DNA of 64,000 nt from assembly GCA_965221695.1 (NCBI GenBank), contig OZ244905.1:1888001-1952000 (forward strand). The letters run 5' to 3'. The DNA comes from Gammaproteobacteria bacterium. GTDB taxonomy: Bacteria > Pseudomonadota > Gammaproteobacteria > Eutrophobiales > Eutrophobiaceae. The notes below the pieces were generated by a model. That model was not told the DNA's origin. It did not search any database and saw only the letters and a program-made list of their open reading frames with translations. Numbering within the stretch: the stretch's first letter is position 1; the number at the start of each line of letters is the position of its first letter. The translations under genes were made by a program, and so were the position numbers. Of this stretch, positions 42,338 through 54,200 are shown in pieces.

Positions 42338-42852
42338 AACTGAAGCGGCAGCCATTACACCGATTTCAGCGCGTTTTGCTGGCGCTGTGTGTAGTCCTGT
42401 CCGCATATACCATCTATGAGCTGTTCAGGCCACAGCAGGCGTCAGAGTTTGCGCAGACTACCGAACAGGATACACAAACCATAGCCGCTTTGTTGCAGCA
42501 GGCGGGCGTAGACATCCCGCCTATAGAGACATTTGTAGAGATCATCGAACGGCCGTTATTCATGCAAGACAGGCGACCCTACGTGGCGCCGGCGCCGGTC
42601 GTCATCCGTGAGCCTGAGCCACAGGCGCCGGCTGCGCCGGATATTACCGAGCAGATTTCATTGCGCGCGACCATCATCATCGGCGAAAAACGGATCGCGC
42701 TTATACAAGAACTTGCAAACGGCAGCCAACTTCGTTTAAATCAGGGTGAAGCGTATAACGGCTGGACCCTGACCGGTGTGGAAACCGGAGAAATATCCAT
42801 GAAAAAAGGAGAAGAAGTCAAACAGATACAACTGAAGAAGGGCCAGTCTTAA
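42334..42852 (+). CDS. T2SS protein C/N-like (XpsN type)
   Basis: TM, ERPLF..RRP, Pro-rich linker, GE...GWTL; lies before the secretin. Confidence 0.7.
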   Translation: MKLKRQPLHRFQRVLLALCVVLSAYTIYELFRPQQASEFAQTTEQDTQTIAALLQQAGVDIPPIETFVEIIERPLFMQDRRPYVAPAPVVIREPEPQAPAAPDITEQISLRATIIIGEKRIALIQELANGSQLRLNQGEAYNGWTLTGVETGEISMKKGEEVKQIQLKKGQS

Positions 42853-42860
42853 CGGGAACC

Positions 42861-45026
42861 TTGCACATGAGGAAACACTTGCTTCACATTCTGCGCCTGC
42901 AGGCGCTGCTGGCATTGTCTGTGACTGCCTGCAGCCAACTTCCTGCCGTTCAACCAACGACGGTAGCTACTCCTGCAACAGTGACGAGCACGGTGCCTGA
43001 TCCTGCTGTAGCGCCGAACGAAGCGGAGGCAGGCGTCGCCAATGCGCTTCCTCCCAGCGACAATCGCCTTGCGTTTGTTGAGCCGGGCGACGGCAGCTTT
43101 ATCGGCGGTAACATAGCGCGGGAAGGGCAACCCCAAGTTAGCGAAGACGGCGGCATCAACCTCAATTTTCAGGATACCGACATACGGGAATTTGTGCAGA
43201 TAATTCTGAACGACGTATTGAGTGAGAACTACATCATCGACCAGGATGTGTCAGGGACAATCACGATAAACACTGTCAAACCGGTCAATAGCGAAGCTGC
43301 GCTGGTCCTGCTGGAAGATATTCTCGACATGCACAACGCGGCCCTCATCAAAAAAGACGACTTGTACCGAATTGTCCCGAAGCACAAAGTTGTCGGAGAG
43401 TTGACTCCAACCTTGGCACACCAGACTGCCGATGGACATTCGGTACAGATTATTCCCTTGCAATACATCGCTGCCGCCGAAATGCAAAAAATTCTCGAAC
43501 CGTTTATGGAGGAAGGCGCCAATGTGCGTATTGACACCAAACGAAACCTGATCATGGCTTCCGGCACGCGGCAGGGGATTGCCACAGTGAAAGACACGGT
43601 TGCGATATTCGATGTGAACTGGTTGCGCGGCATGTCAGTAGGACTTTACCCGCTTGATTACGTAACACCAAACACGATGAAGCAGGAATTGGATACTGTT
43701 TTGAACGCCCTGGACACGGAAGGAACTGAAAACCCGCTGGGCGGATTGGTGCAAGCCATTGCCATTGAACGCTTACAGTCGATTTTGCTGGTCAGTTCAA
43801 CCCCCACAGCGCTCAGAGAAGCGGAACTCTGGTTGCGTCGTCTGGACCGGCCCGGACAAATTGTGGAGAAACAGCTATACGTATACCGCGTTCAAAATGC
43901 CAAGGCCGACGAACTGGGCAATACATTGCAGCAGATCTTCGATATTAACACCACAGCAAACGCCGAAGATGCGGAAACTATTACAGGGTCCGGCGGCGCT
44001 CGCAACCTTTTGCCTGGCGGTTACCCGGCTGCCGCCCTGGCACAGAGGTTGATGCAACAAGATCTTGCCGAAGGCGCGGACAGCGTGGGGATCGCGCTCC
44101 CATCAGGGCAGTCTCTGGACATCATTGCAGACAAAACGCGCAACGCATTGGTGATACTGGCGACCCCGCAGGATTACAAAATGGTACAAACGGCCTTGGC
44201 CTTGCTGGATACCATTCCCTTGCAGGTGCTGATAGAAGCCAGCATTATCGAAGTCAGTTTGAAAGACGAGCTTGACTTTGGCGTAGAATGGTTTTTCAAG
44301 AACAGTTTCGAGACCGGCAACATCGTAGGCGGACGCGGCTCTCTGGACCTGGGTAGTACGGGCATATCCGCCTTAAGCCCGTCCTTTTCCTACACCGTAC
44401 TGGATAACGCCGACCAGGCCCGCATCGCCTTAAATGCCCTGGAGCAGGAAACACAGGTAAATGTCCTGTCATCGCCTTCGCTGATGGTGTTGGACAACCA
44501 GACGGCATATATCAATGTCGGCGATGAGATTCCCGTGCCGGCCCGCCAATCGACCAGCAATATCAACCCGGATTCGCCCACGGTGAATGAGATTCAGTTT
44601 CGGCAGACGGGTATTTCCCTGTCGGTGACGCCCCGTGTGAACAGTAGCGGACTGGTGACCATGGAAATCGACCAAGAGGTCAGCAATGCGGTAAGCACGA
44701 CATCATCGAACATTGATGCGCCGACCATACAACAGCGCCAGCTTCAAAGCACGGTGGCAGTTCACTCCGGGGAAACCCTGGTATTGGGCGGTTTGATCCA
44801 AGAGACCACGAGTAATGCCGAGAGCGGCGTGCCGTTGCTGCGCCGGATTCCGTTATTCGGCAAGCTGTTCGGCGAGACCCGGGAAGAACAGCGGCGCACG
44901 GAGTTGCTGGTATTGATCACGCCGCGGGTAGTGGGCGAACCAGGCGAGGCGCGTGAGATCACGGAGGAGTTCAGGCGCAAGCTAAGGGGGGTTGAGACGG
45001 CGGTTCTGCCAGAGCCGGCGTCCTGA
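42861..45026 (+). CDS. gspD: T2SS secretin with lipoprotein signal
   Basis: LSVTAC lipobox, LNFQDTDI, QVLIEASIIEV, VLSSPSLMVLDNQTA, SGVPLLRRIP..LF, RTELLVLITP. Confidence 0.95.
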   Translation: MHMRKHLLHILRLQALLALSVTACSQLPAVQPTTVATPATVTSTVPDPAVAPNEAEAGVANALPPSDNRLAFVEPGDGSFIGGNIAREGQPQVSEDGGINLNFQDTDIREFVQIILNDVLSENYIIDQDVSGTITINTVKPVNSEAALVLLEDILDMHNAALIKKDDLYRIVPKHKVVGELTPTLAHQTADGHSVQIIPLQYIAAAEMQKILEPFMEEGANVRIDTKRNLIMASGTRQGIATVKDTVAIFDVNWLRGMSVGLYPLDYVTPNTMKQELDTVLNALDTEGTENPLGGLVQAIAIERLQSILLVSSTPTALREAELWLRRLDRPGQIVEKQLYVYRVQNAKADELGNTLQQIFDINTTANAEDAETITGSGGARNLLPGGYPAAALAQRLMQQDLAEGADSVGIALPSGQSLDIIADKTRNALVILATPQDYKMVQTALALLDTIPLQVLIEASIIEVSLKDELDFGVEWFFKNSFETGNIVGGRGSLDLGSTGISALSPSFSYTVLDNADQARIALNALEQETQVNVLSSPSLMVLDNQTAYINVGDEIPVPARQSTSNINPDSPTVNEIQFRQTGISLSVTPRVNSSGLVTMEIDQEVSNAVSTTSSNIDAPTIQQRQLQSTVAVHSGETLVLGGLIQETTSNAESGVPLLRRIPLFGKLFGETREEQRRTELLVLITPRVVGEPGEAREITEEFRRKLRGVETAVLPEPAS

Positions 45027-45070
45027 CAGGGTAGCACTGACAGACAGGTGGGGGCACCGCAAAGAACAGC

Positions 45071-45099
45071 TTGCATAGTGTCCGGTGTTGTACTAATTT
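45071..45099 (+). promoter_or_regulatory. Candidate sigma70 promoter for the giant RHS gene
   Basis: TTGCAT-17 bp-TAATTT in an AT-rich spacer. Confidence 0.45.
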
Positions 45100-45241
45100 T
45101 AATAGTGTAGTCTTTTTGTCGTGAGGGGCAAACATGACGTTAACCTGTTGGGTTATTCTATGACGCGCTGCCGGCAAGGCGTGCGTTTGTTGGATATATC
45201 GCTGCGCTGGTTGAAGGCGCCTGGTGCGATGTCTGGGTAGC

Positions 45242-48200
45242 ATGAAGCACAGCGTCTATCATCGCTCTGTAGTGCTTGCGGCCTGCCTGCTGATCCAGTG
45301 GCTGTTATCGGCGGCGGCATGGGGATGGACATTACCGTCGCCACCGACGGCGAGCCTCAGTTGGAGTCCGACCTCAGTGCCCTACGGAGGCACCTCGACG
45401 CTGTCCTGGAATTCCACGGGCGCCGTATCTTGCACGGTGGACGGCAGTAATGTGAGTACGAGCGGTAGTGAGCAGCGAACCAACCTGACGCAGGGAACCT
45501 CAGCCACTTTGTCGTGTTGGAACCTAGGCGGCACAAGGATCAAGACGGCAAGTGTAACGGTGGGTCAGCCGCCCTCGGCGCCGACCGCGAGTCTCAGTTG
45601 GAGTCCGAGCACGGTGGCCTACGGAGGCGCATCGACGCTGTCCTGGAATTCTACGAATGCCACGAGTTGCACGCTGGATGGTGTCAGCAAGGGCACGAGT
45701 GGTAGTGAGAATAGAACCAACCAAACGCAAACAACCACGGCCTCACTAACGTGCACGGGGGCGGGCGGCTCGGCGTCGGACTCGGCGACATTGACGGTGG
45801 GTCAGCCGCCCTCGGCGCCGACGGTGAGTCTCAGTTGGAGTCCGGGCACGGTGGCCTACGGGGGCGCTTCGACACTGAGCTGGAGTTCCACGAATGCCAC
45901 GAGTTGCACGCTGAACGGATCGAGTCGTTCGACGAGTGGCAGTTGGACGGCGACGAACCAGACGGCGTCACGAACAGACACGCTGGCATGCACGGGGCCG
46001 GGCGGCTCGGTGTCGGACACGGCGAGTTTGACAGTAAATCCGCCACCAGACCCGGCGCCGACGGCGAGTCTCAGTTGGAGTCCGAGCACGATAGCTTATG
46101 GGGGCAGCTCGACACTAAGCTGGAGTTCCACGAATGCCACGAGTTGCACGCTGAACGGATCGAGTCGTTCGACGAGTGGCAGTTGGACGACGACGAACCA
46201 GACGACGTCACGGACAGACACGCTGGTATGCACGGGATCGGGCGGTTCGGCGTCGGACACGGCGACGCTGACGGTGACCTCACTGTCGGGGTCATTGTCG
46301 GTGGCGCCGACGACGAGCACGGACGGCAGCTACACGGTGAGTTGGAGCGCGCCGGCGTATGCCAGTGCAGAAACCCGGTTGTATGAGAAGGTGGGGACAG
46401 GGAGTTGGTCGGTAGTGGGCACGTATGCCTCGACGGTGACACAGCGGGCATTCAGCGGCAAGGCAAACGGCGTCTACCAATACAAGACGGCGCAGTGTAT
46501 CATGGTATTTAGCTCGACCAGTTGCTGGGATGTGGCGGGTCCGGTGAGTGTGACGGTGGCCACAACAGCGCCGGCGCCGACGGCGAGTCTCAGTTGGAGT
46601 CCGAGCACGGTGGACTTTGGGGGCAGTTCGACGCTGTCCTGGACTTCCACGAACGCGACGAGCTGTACACTGGACAATGTCAGCAAGAGCCTGAACGGCA
46701 GCGAGCAGCGGACCAACCTGACGCAGAGCGTCACGGCCACATTGGTGTGCACGGGCTCGGGCGGCGCTGTGACAAAGACGGCGGTTTTGACGGTGACCTC
46801 GCCGTCTGCGTCATTGTCGGTGACGCCGACGACGAGCGCGGACGGCAGCTACACTGTGAGTTGGAGCGCGCCGGCGTATGCCGCGACTAAAACCCGGTTG
46901 CATGAGAAGGTGGGGACAGGGAGTTGGTCAGTAGTGGGCATGTATGCTTCGACGGTGACTCAGCGGGCATTCAGCGGCAAGGCAAACGGCGTCTACCAAT
47001 ACAAGACGGACCATTGCATCACGGTATTTGGCTCGACCAGTTGCTGGAATGTGGCGGGTCCGGTGAGTGTGACGGTGGGTGCAACAGCGGCGCCGACGGC
47101 GAGTCTCAGTTGGAGTCCGGGCACGGTGGCCTACGGAGGCGCATCGACGCTGTCCTGGACTTCCACGAACGCGACGAGCTGTACACTGGACAATATCAGC
47201 AAGGGCACGAGTGGCAGTGAGAATCGAACCAACCAAACGCAAACAACCACGGCCTCGCTAACGTGCACGGGGGCGGGCGGCTCGGCGTCGGCCTCGGCGA
47301 CGTTGACGGTGGGTCAGCCGCCCTCGGCGCCGACGGCGAGTCTCAGTTGGAGTCCGAGCACGGTGGACTTTGGGGGCAGTTCGACGCTGTCCTGGACTTC
47401 CACGAACGCGACGAGCTGTACACTGGACAATGTCAGCAAGAGCCTGAACGGCAGCGAGCAGCGGACCAACCTGACGCAGAGCGTCACGGCCACATTGGTG
47501 TGCACGGGGGCGGGCGGCGCTGTGACAAAGACGGCGGTTTTGACGGTGACCTCGCCGTCTGCGTCATTGTCGGTGACGCCGACGACGAGCGCGGACGGCA
47601 GCTACACTGTGAGTTGGAGCGCGCCGGCGTATGCCGCGACTAAAACCCGGTTGCATGAGAAGGTGGGGACAGGGAGTTGGTCAGTAGTGGGCATGTATGC
47701 TTCGACGGTGACTCAGCGGGCATTCAGCGGCAAGGCAAACGGCGTCTACCAATACAAGACGGACCATTGCATCACGGTATTTGGCTCGACCAGTTGCTGG
47801 AATGTGGCGGGTCCGGTGAGTGTGACGGTGGGTGCAACAGCGGCGCCGACGGCGAGTCTCAGTTGGAGTCCGGGCACGGTGGCCTACGGAGGCGCATCGA
47901 CGCTGTCCTGGACTTCCACGAACGCGACGAGCTGTACACTGGACAATATCAGCAAGGGCACGAGTGGCAGTGAGAATCGAACCAACCAAACGCAAACAAC
48001 CACGGCCTCGCTAACGTGCACGGGGGCGGGCGGCTCGGCGTCGGCCTCGGCGACGTTGACGGTGGGTCAGCCGCCCTCGGCGCCGACGGCGAGTCTCAGT
48101 TGGAGTCCGAGCACGGTGGACTTTGGGGGCAGTTCGACGCTGTCCTGGACTTCCACGAACGCGACGAGCTGTACACTGGACAATGTCAGCAAGAGCCTGA

Positions 48201-51200
48201 ACGGCAGCGAGCAGCGGACCAACCTGACGCAGAGCGTCACGGCCACATTGGTGTGCACGGGGGCGGGCGGCGCTGTGACAAAGACGGCGGTTTTGACGGT
48301 GACCTCGCCGTCTGCGTCATTGTCGGTGACGCCGACGACGAGCGCGGACGGCAGCTACACTGTGAGTTGGAGCGCGCCGGCGTATGCCGCGACTAAAACC
48401 CGGTTGCATGAGAAGGTGGGGACAGGGAGTTGGTCAGTAGTGGGCATGTATGCTTCGACGGTGACTCAGCGGGCATTCAGCGGCAAGGCAAACGGCGTCT
48501 ACCAATACAAGACGGACCATTGCATCACGGTATTTGGCTCGACCAGTTGCTGGAATGTGGCGGGTCCGGTGAGTGTGACGGTGGGTGCAACAACGGCGCT
48601 GACGGCGAGTCTCAGTTGGACTCCGAGCACGGTGCCCTTTGGAGGCAGCTCGACGCTGTCCTGGAGTTCCACGAACGCGACGAGTTGCACGCTGAACAAT
48701 ATCAGCAAGGACACGAGTGGCAGCGAGCAGCGGACCTACCTGACGCAGAGCAGCGTCATGGCCACATTGGTGTGCACGGGCTCGGGTGGCACTGTGACAA
48801 AGACGGCGAGTTTGACACTTACTGCGCCGTCGGGATCATTATCGGTGGCGCCGACGACGAGCATGGACGGCAGTTACACGGTGAGTTGGAGTGCGCCGGC
48901 GTATGCCGTAATTAAAACCGTGTTGTGGGAGGTGGCGCCGACGGGGAGTTGGTCAGTAGTGGGCATGTATGCCTCGACGGTGACTCAGCGGGCATTCAGC
49001 GGCAAGGCAAACGGCGCCTACGAATACATAACGAATCATTGCATCATGATATTTGGGAGCCAGTGCTGGAAAGTGGCGGGTCCGGTGAATGTGACGGTGG
49101 CTGCAACAACGCCGCCGACCTTATCGGGGCCGTCGACCAGCGATGGCGAGCACATGCTGAGTTGGGGGGCAGTGACGGGGGCGAGCGATTACACGGTGCG
49201 CGAGCGCCAAGGCAGCGGCTCCTGGACGAAATACAGTGTCAGTACGTTGAGTAAGACGTTCAGCGGCCGGTCGTCCGGGTCCTGGTCGTACCAGGCGCGG
49301 GCATGCAACGGTGACAGTTGCGGTGCCTGGAGCAACACGGTGACGGTAACGGTAACGGGGGTCTCGGTGAGCATCAGTCCTTCGCCGAGTCCGGACGGAC
49401 AGTACACGGTGAGTTGGACCGCGCCGGCGTATGGCAACACTGTCAAGTTGTACGAGAAAGCGCCGGGCGGGAGCTATACGCTGGCGGGCACGTATGCGCT
49501 GACGACGACCTCGCAGGATTTCGACAAGGACACGGCGGGCGCCTACTGGTACAAGACAGAGCGCTGCCAGGGGGGGTATTGGGGGATCTGGAACTGCCAG
49601 CCCATGGGGAACGCGGCAAGCGTGATGGTGACGCTGGCAGACCCGCCGGGCGGGACAGACCCGCCGGACGCGCCGCTGCCGCCGACGCTGGCGACGGGCA
49701 CGGGGGAACTGACGGCGAGTTGGGCGGCGCCGGCGGACAACGGTTCAGCGCTGTTGGAATACCGGTTGCGTTACAAGCGCATGTTCAGCTTCACCTTCGG
49801 CATCTCATGGTCATTTCCCTTGCTTTGGACGCAGACCGATGCGGTTGACAGCGCGACCACGAGCCTGGCGCTATCGGGTCTGACGAATGGGTTGACGTAT
49901 CAGGCGCAGGTGCAGGCGCGCAATGCCGGCGGCTGGTCGGCGTGGAGCGGCTCGGCGACGGGCGTGCCGCTGGCGGCGCCGGTGATATCGGAGTCGTCGA
50001 GCAGTTTGGGCCAGTACACGCTGAGTTGGGTTGCGATATCGGGCGCGACCGTCTACGAGATACGAGAGCGCGAGGGCGATGAGGATGCGGGCAACCCGTG
50101 GACGACGCATCTGCTGGGCGCGGCGACGAGCAAGTCGTTTACCAAGTCGGAGAATGGCCTATGGTCGTACCAGGCGCGGGCATGCAACAGCGGTGGCTGT
50201 GGCGACTGGAGCGACACGCATGAGGTGACGGTCCAGACGACGTTTATCACCATCGACCCCTCGCCGAGCCTGGACGGGGATTACACGGTGAGTTGGTCCG
50301 CGCTGGCCGGCGTGTCGGTCAAGTTATTTGAGAAGGCGCCGGGCGGGACTTGGTCGGAGATAGGCGAGTATAACGCGACGCAGCGTGAAGAGTCATTTGT
50401 CGGCAAGGCGCCGGGCACGTACGAGTACAAGCTGTCGGTGTGCTATGGCTCTGTCACTGGCCTGTTCGGCTATGAATGCGCGCAGTTGGGCGGCTCGGCC
50501 AGCGTGGAGGTGCTGCCGCCGGTGTGGCTCAGATGGGACCCGAACCCGGTGGATTATGACGGCGACGCGACGCTGACCTGGAGTTCGCTCAACGCCACGA
50601 GTTGCAGCTTGACGGTGGGCGATGACCTCGTCCTGACAGACCTGAGCGGCACCCGTGTGGAGCCTAACGTGACGGCGGACATCCTAGCCACGTTATCCTG
50701 CGATATCAACGGGGACACGGAGACGGCGAGCGACACGCTGACGGTAGATCCGACGACGATACCGACATCGCCCATGAGTCTTGAGTGGGACCCGAACCCG
50801 GTGGACTATGGCGGCGATTCGACGCTGACCTGGAGTTTGCCGATGAACGCCACAAATTGCAGCTTGACGGTGGGCGGGCAAACCCTGACGGACCTGAGCG
50901 GCGCCTATGAGGCGACCAACGTGGCGGCGGACATCCCGGCCACGTTATCCTGCGAAGTGCCCGGGGAGACGGACATGCAGACCAAGACGGAGGAACTAAC
51001 CGCGAACCTGGTGGTGCGCCCGCTGCCGCCGGACAAGCCGACGGCCACGGCGCCGGATGCGTCGGGGGGTTACACGGTGAGTTGGACATCGGTGGCGCTG
51101 GCGACGAGCTACCGACTGGAAGCGTATCACGTGCCGGCGGATGCGGGGACGTTGCATACGCTCGGGAAAGTATTCAGCAAGGCGTTTGCCAGTCCTGCGG

Positions 51201-54200
51201 CGGGGGTCTGGCGCTACCGGGCGCAGGCGTGCATTGATGCCGACGACTCAGATCCCGACGGCACGACCGTGTGCAGCGTCTGGAGCGAGGCGCTGACGGT
51301 GGGTCCGCCGGACGCCCCGGCGGCGCCGGCGCTGACGTCGGGCGACGAGGCCTTGACGGTGGACTGGGAGGCCCCGGCGGAGAATAACAGTGAGATTACT
51401 GCGTACAGTGTGGGTCACCGGCAGGCGGACAGCGAGGCGGCGTGGGACCTGGAGGCGGTGGACGGCACGGACCTGACGCTGGAGATTGAGAGTCTGACCA
51501 ACGGGGTGGAGTACGAGGTGCGGGTGCGGGCCGCCAATGGCTATGGGGATTCGGACTGGAGCCCTGTGGCGCGCGGCGTGCCGGGCGAGCGCCTGCCGGC
51601 GCCGAAGGGGTTGCGGGGGCCGGCGGGCAGCCTGGGCTCGCACACCTTGCACTGGGGGCCGGTGATAGGGGCGGTCCGCTATGAGTTGGCGGCGCGCCAG
51701 GGCGAGGAGACAGACCCGGAGGAACAAGATGATACGGCGTGGACTGTGTATGACACGGGCGCGGCGACCCGCAAGGCATTCTCGGCGCTGGCGCACGGGA
51801 ACTGGCGTTACCGGGCGCGCGCCTGCGCCGGTCCTACTCCCGAGAGCTGCGGCGACTGGAGCGATGTGTTGGAGGTGGTCGTAGGGTATGGCAGCGTGCC
51901 GGGCGCGCCGGCACCCGAGCGCACATCGCTCTCGGTCATCGTCCCGCCCGCGGCGCGCAAGGGCCATGACACGGTGGGCGCGCTGGCGGGCGAGTTCCGG
52001 GTGACGGAGAGCGGCGCGGCGAGTTACCACATTGCCCTGCCGCTGCCGCCGGGCACGGCCGGGGCGACCCCGCCGTTGGGGTTGCAGTACAACAGCCAGC
52101 GCGGCAACGGCCTGTTGGGGGTGGGTTGGGCGCTGTCGGGGCTCTCGGCCATCACCCGCTGCCGGCAGACCTATGCCCAGGACGGCGCCGCGCGCCCGCT
52201 GACGTTTGGCGAGAACGACCGCTTTTGCCTGGACGGCGAGCGTCTGCTCATTGTGAGCGATGACAACTACGGCGCCCCGGGCAGCGAGTACCGCACCGAG
52301 ACGGACAGTTTTGTGACGGTGACGGCCAAGGGCGGCAGCGCCGGCGCGCCGGATTATTTTGAGGTGCGGCGCAAGGACGGCTCGGTGTCGACCTATGGCG
52401 ATGTGACCGGCTCGACTGGGCCTGCCCGCCACAGCGAGCACCGGGTCTACGACCCGGCGACCGATGCGGCCATCGACAAGACGCTGACCTGGGCCTTGCA
52501 GGAGGTCAAAGACAGCGTGGGCAACCGCATTGCGTATGAATACGCCGCGGATGCGGACGGCCACCGGATTACGCAAATTAACTATGCCTTCGGCAGCATT
52601 AGCAGCGCCAGCTCAGCGCGGGCAGCCGTGCGCTTTGCCTATGACCCGCGCGCGGACGCCACCTTGGGTTACCTGGCCGGCTACCGGCTGCAGAGCGTCA
52701 AGCGGCTCTCGCGCATCACCGTGGAAGGGGCTGGCGCCAGCGGCGGCCGGATGGCCTTGCGCAATTACCGCTTGCGTTACGAGGGCGGGACCGTGACGGC
52801 GGGCGGGCTGTCCCGGCTGGTCGGGGTGAAGGAGTGCGTGGGGTCCGGGACGAATGCCTGCCTGCCCGAGACCCGGCTTGACTGGTCGGCGGCGACGCCG
52901 GGGTTTGCGGCCAACAAGGCGGCGAGCTTGGAACTGAACAATAAAAAGTCATGGCGGCCGGTGGATTTCACGCCGGCGGATATTAACGGCGACGGGCTGA
53001 CCGACCTGGTGTGGACTGAGACGGACGACGACGAGCATCGCATCAGCTATGCGCTGGCCAAAATGAGCGACAGCGGGGCGCTGACGCTGAAGGCCGAGAT
53101 GTTTACCAACAGCCAGAAGTACTTAATGTATCAGGACGATTATGGCGAGTCGGATTACGGAGACAACCTGCGCGTGCACACCGACGCGCTGGACTACAAT
53201 GCGGACGGGCGGCTGGACATCGTGATTTACAGCGAGGGAACAAACCAGACCAAGGTGCATCTGTCCGTGCCGCAGAACGGCGGCGGCTGGAAGCTGGACA
53301 GCAATGGGATTGCGCTGTTCAACGGCCGCTACCGCTACGCCGACATCAACAGCGACGGGTTGCTGGACGCCTACCAGTTGGTGAAGGAGGTGGCGGGTGA
53401 CACGGACGCCAATCATGATAATATACTGGTGCCAGCGACCGGCTATCACCTGGCGATACGCTACCTGCGCCGCGACACGTCAAAGGCTGTGTCCTCAAGC
53501 CAGTACTATGCGTATGGCGCGGTTGAGACGCTGTCTGTGTCGTTTACCCAGTTGGATACGGCGAATAGCGTGCCGAAAATCTGGAAGCAACTGGAGCGGG
53601 CAGACGTGCCGTTAGTGGACGTAAACGGTGACGGGCGCGCCGATTTGATTACCTGGGGGCGGTCATTTTCGTTTACTACACATCTGAATACACCTCAGCG
53701 CCGGCTGGAGGTGTTTTTGCAGACGGACGACGGGTTTGAGCGCTACGGGGACTCGGGCGGTATCGTTGTCTCGTCCGCTACAGCGGGGTCTCAGCCGAAG
53801 GGCGTGCGGGTCGCGGACTTGAACCAGGACGGGCTCTCGGACCTGCTGTATTTTGTGGGGCGCTGGTACGAGGAGTCCAAGAAGAACTGGCAGTGGACAG
53901 GCAACTGGCATTACCGGTTGGGCACGGGGACGGGTTTCACCGACGCCACGCAGTTGACCTTTGTGGCGGACGGCGTCCAGGCGCCGCGTTCGCCCTCGCT
54001 CTACGATGACGACGGCGACGGCTATGCGGACTTTCTCTGGCACGATGTGCCGGCCGAGCGGTTGCGGGCGCGCCGCTGGTCGCCGGCGGACGGCGGTTTT
54101 GCGAGCGCCGTGATTAACCGCCGCATCACGGAGGGCAAGGACGACGGGGCGTATTTCACCGCCGACATGAACGGCGACGGCAACGCGGACCTGCTGCGCG

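Noticed and set aside
45330-49100. Regularly recurring 'gagtctcagttggagtccg' as a CRISPR-like array
   Set aside because: It encodes the SLSWSP motif of in-frame protein repeats; spacing is over 200 bp; no cas genes
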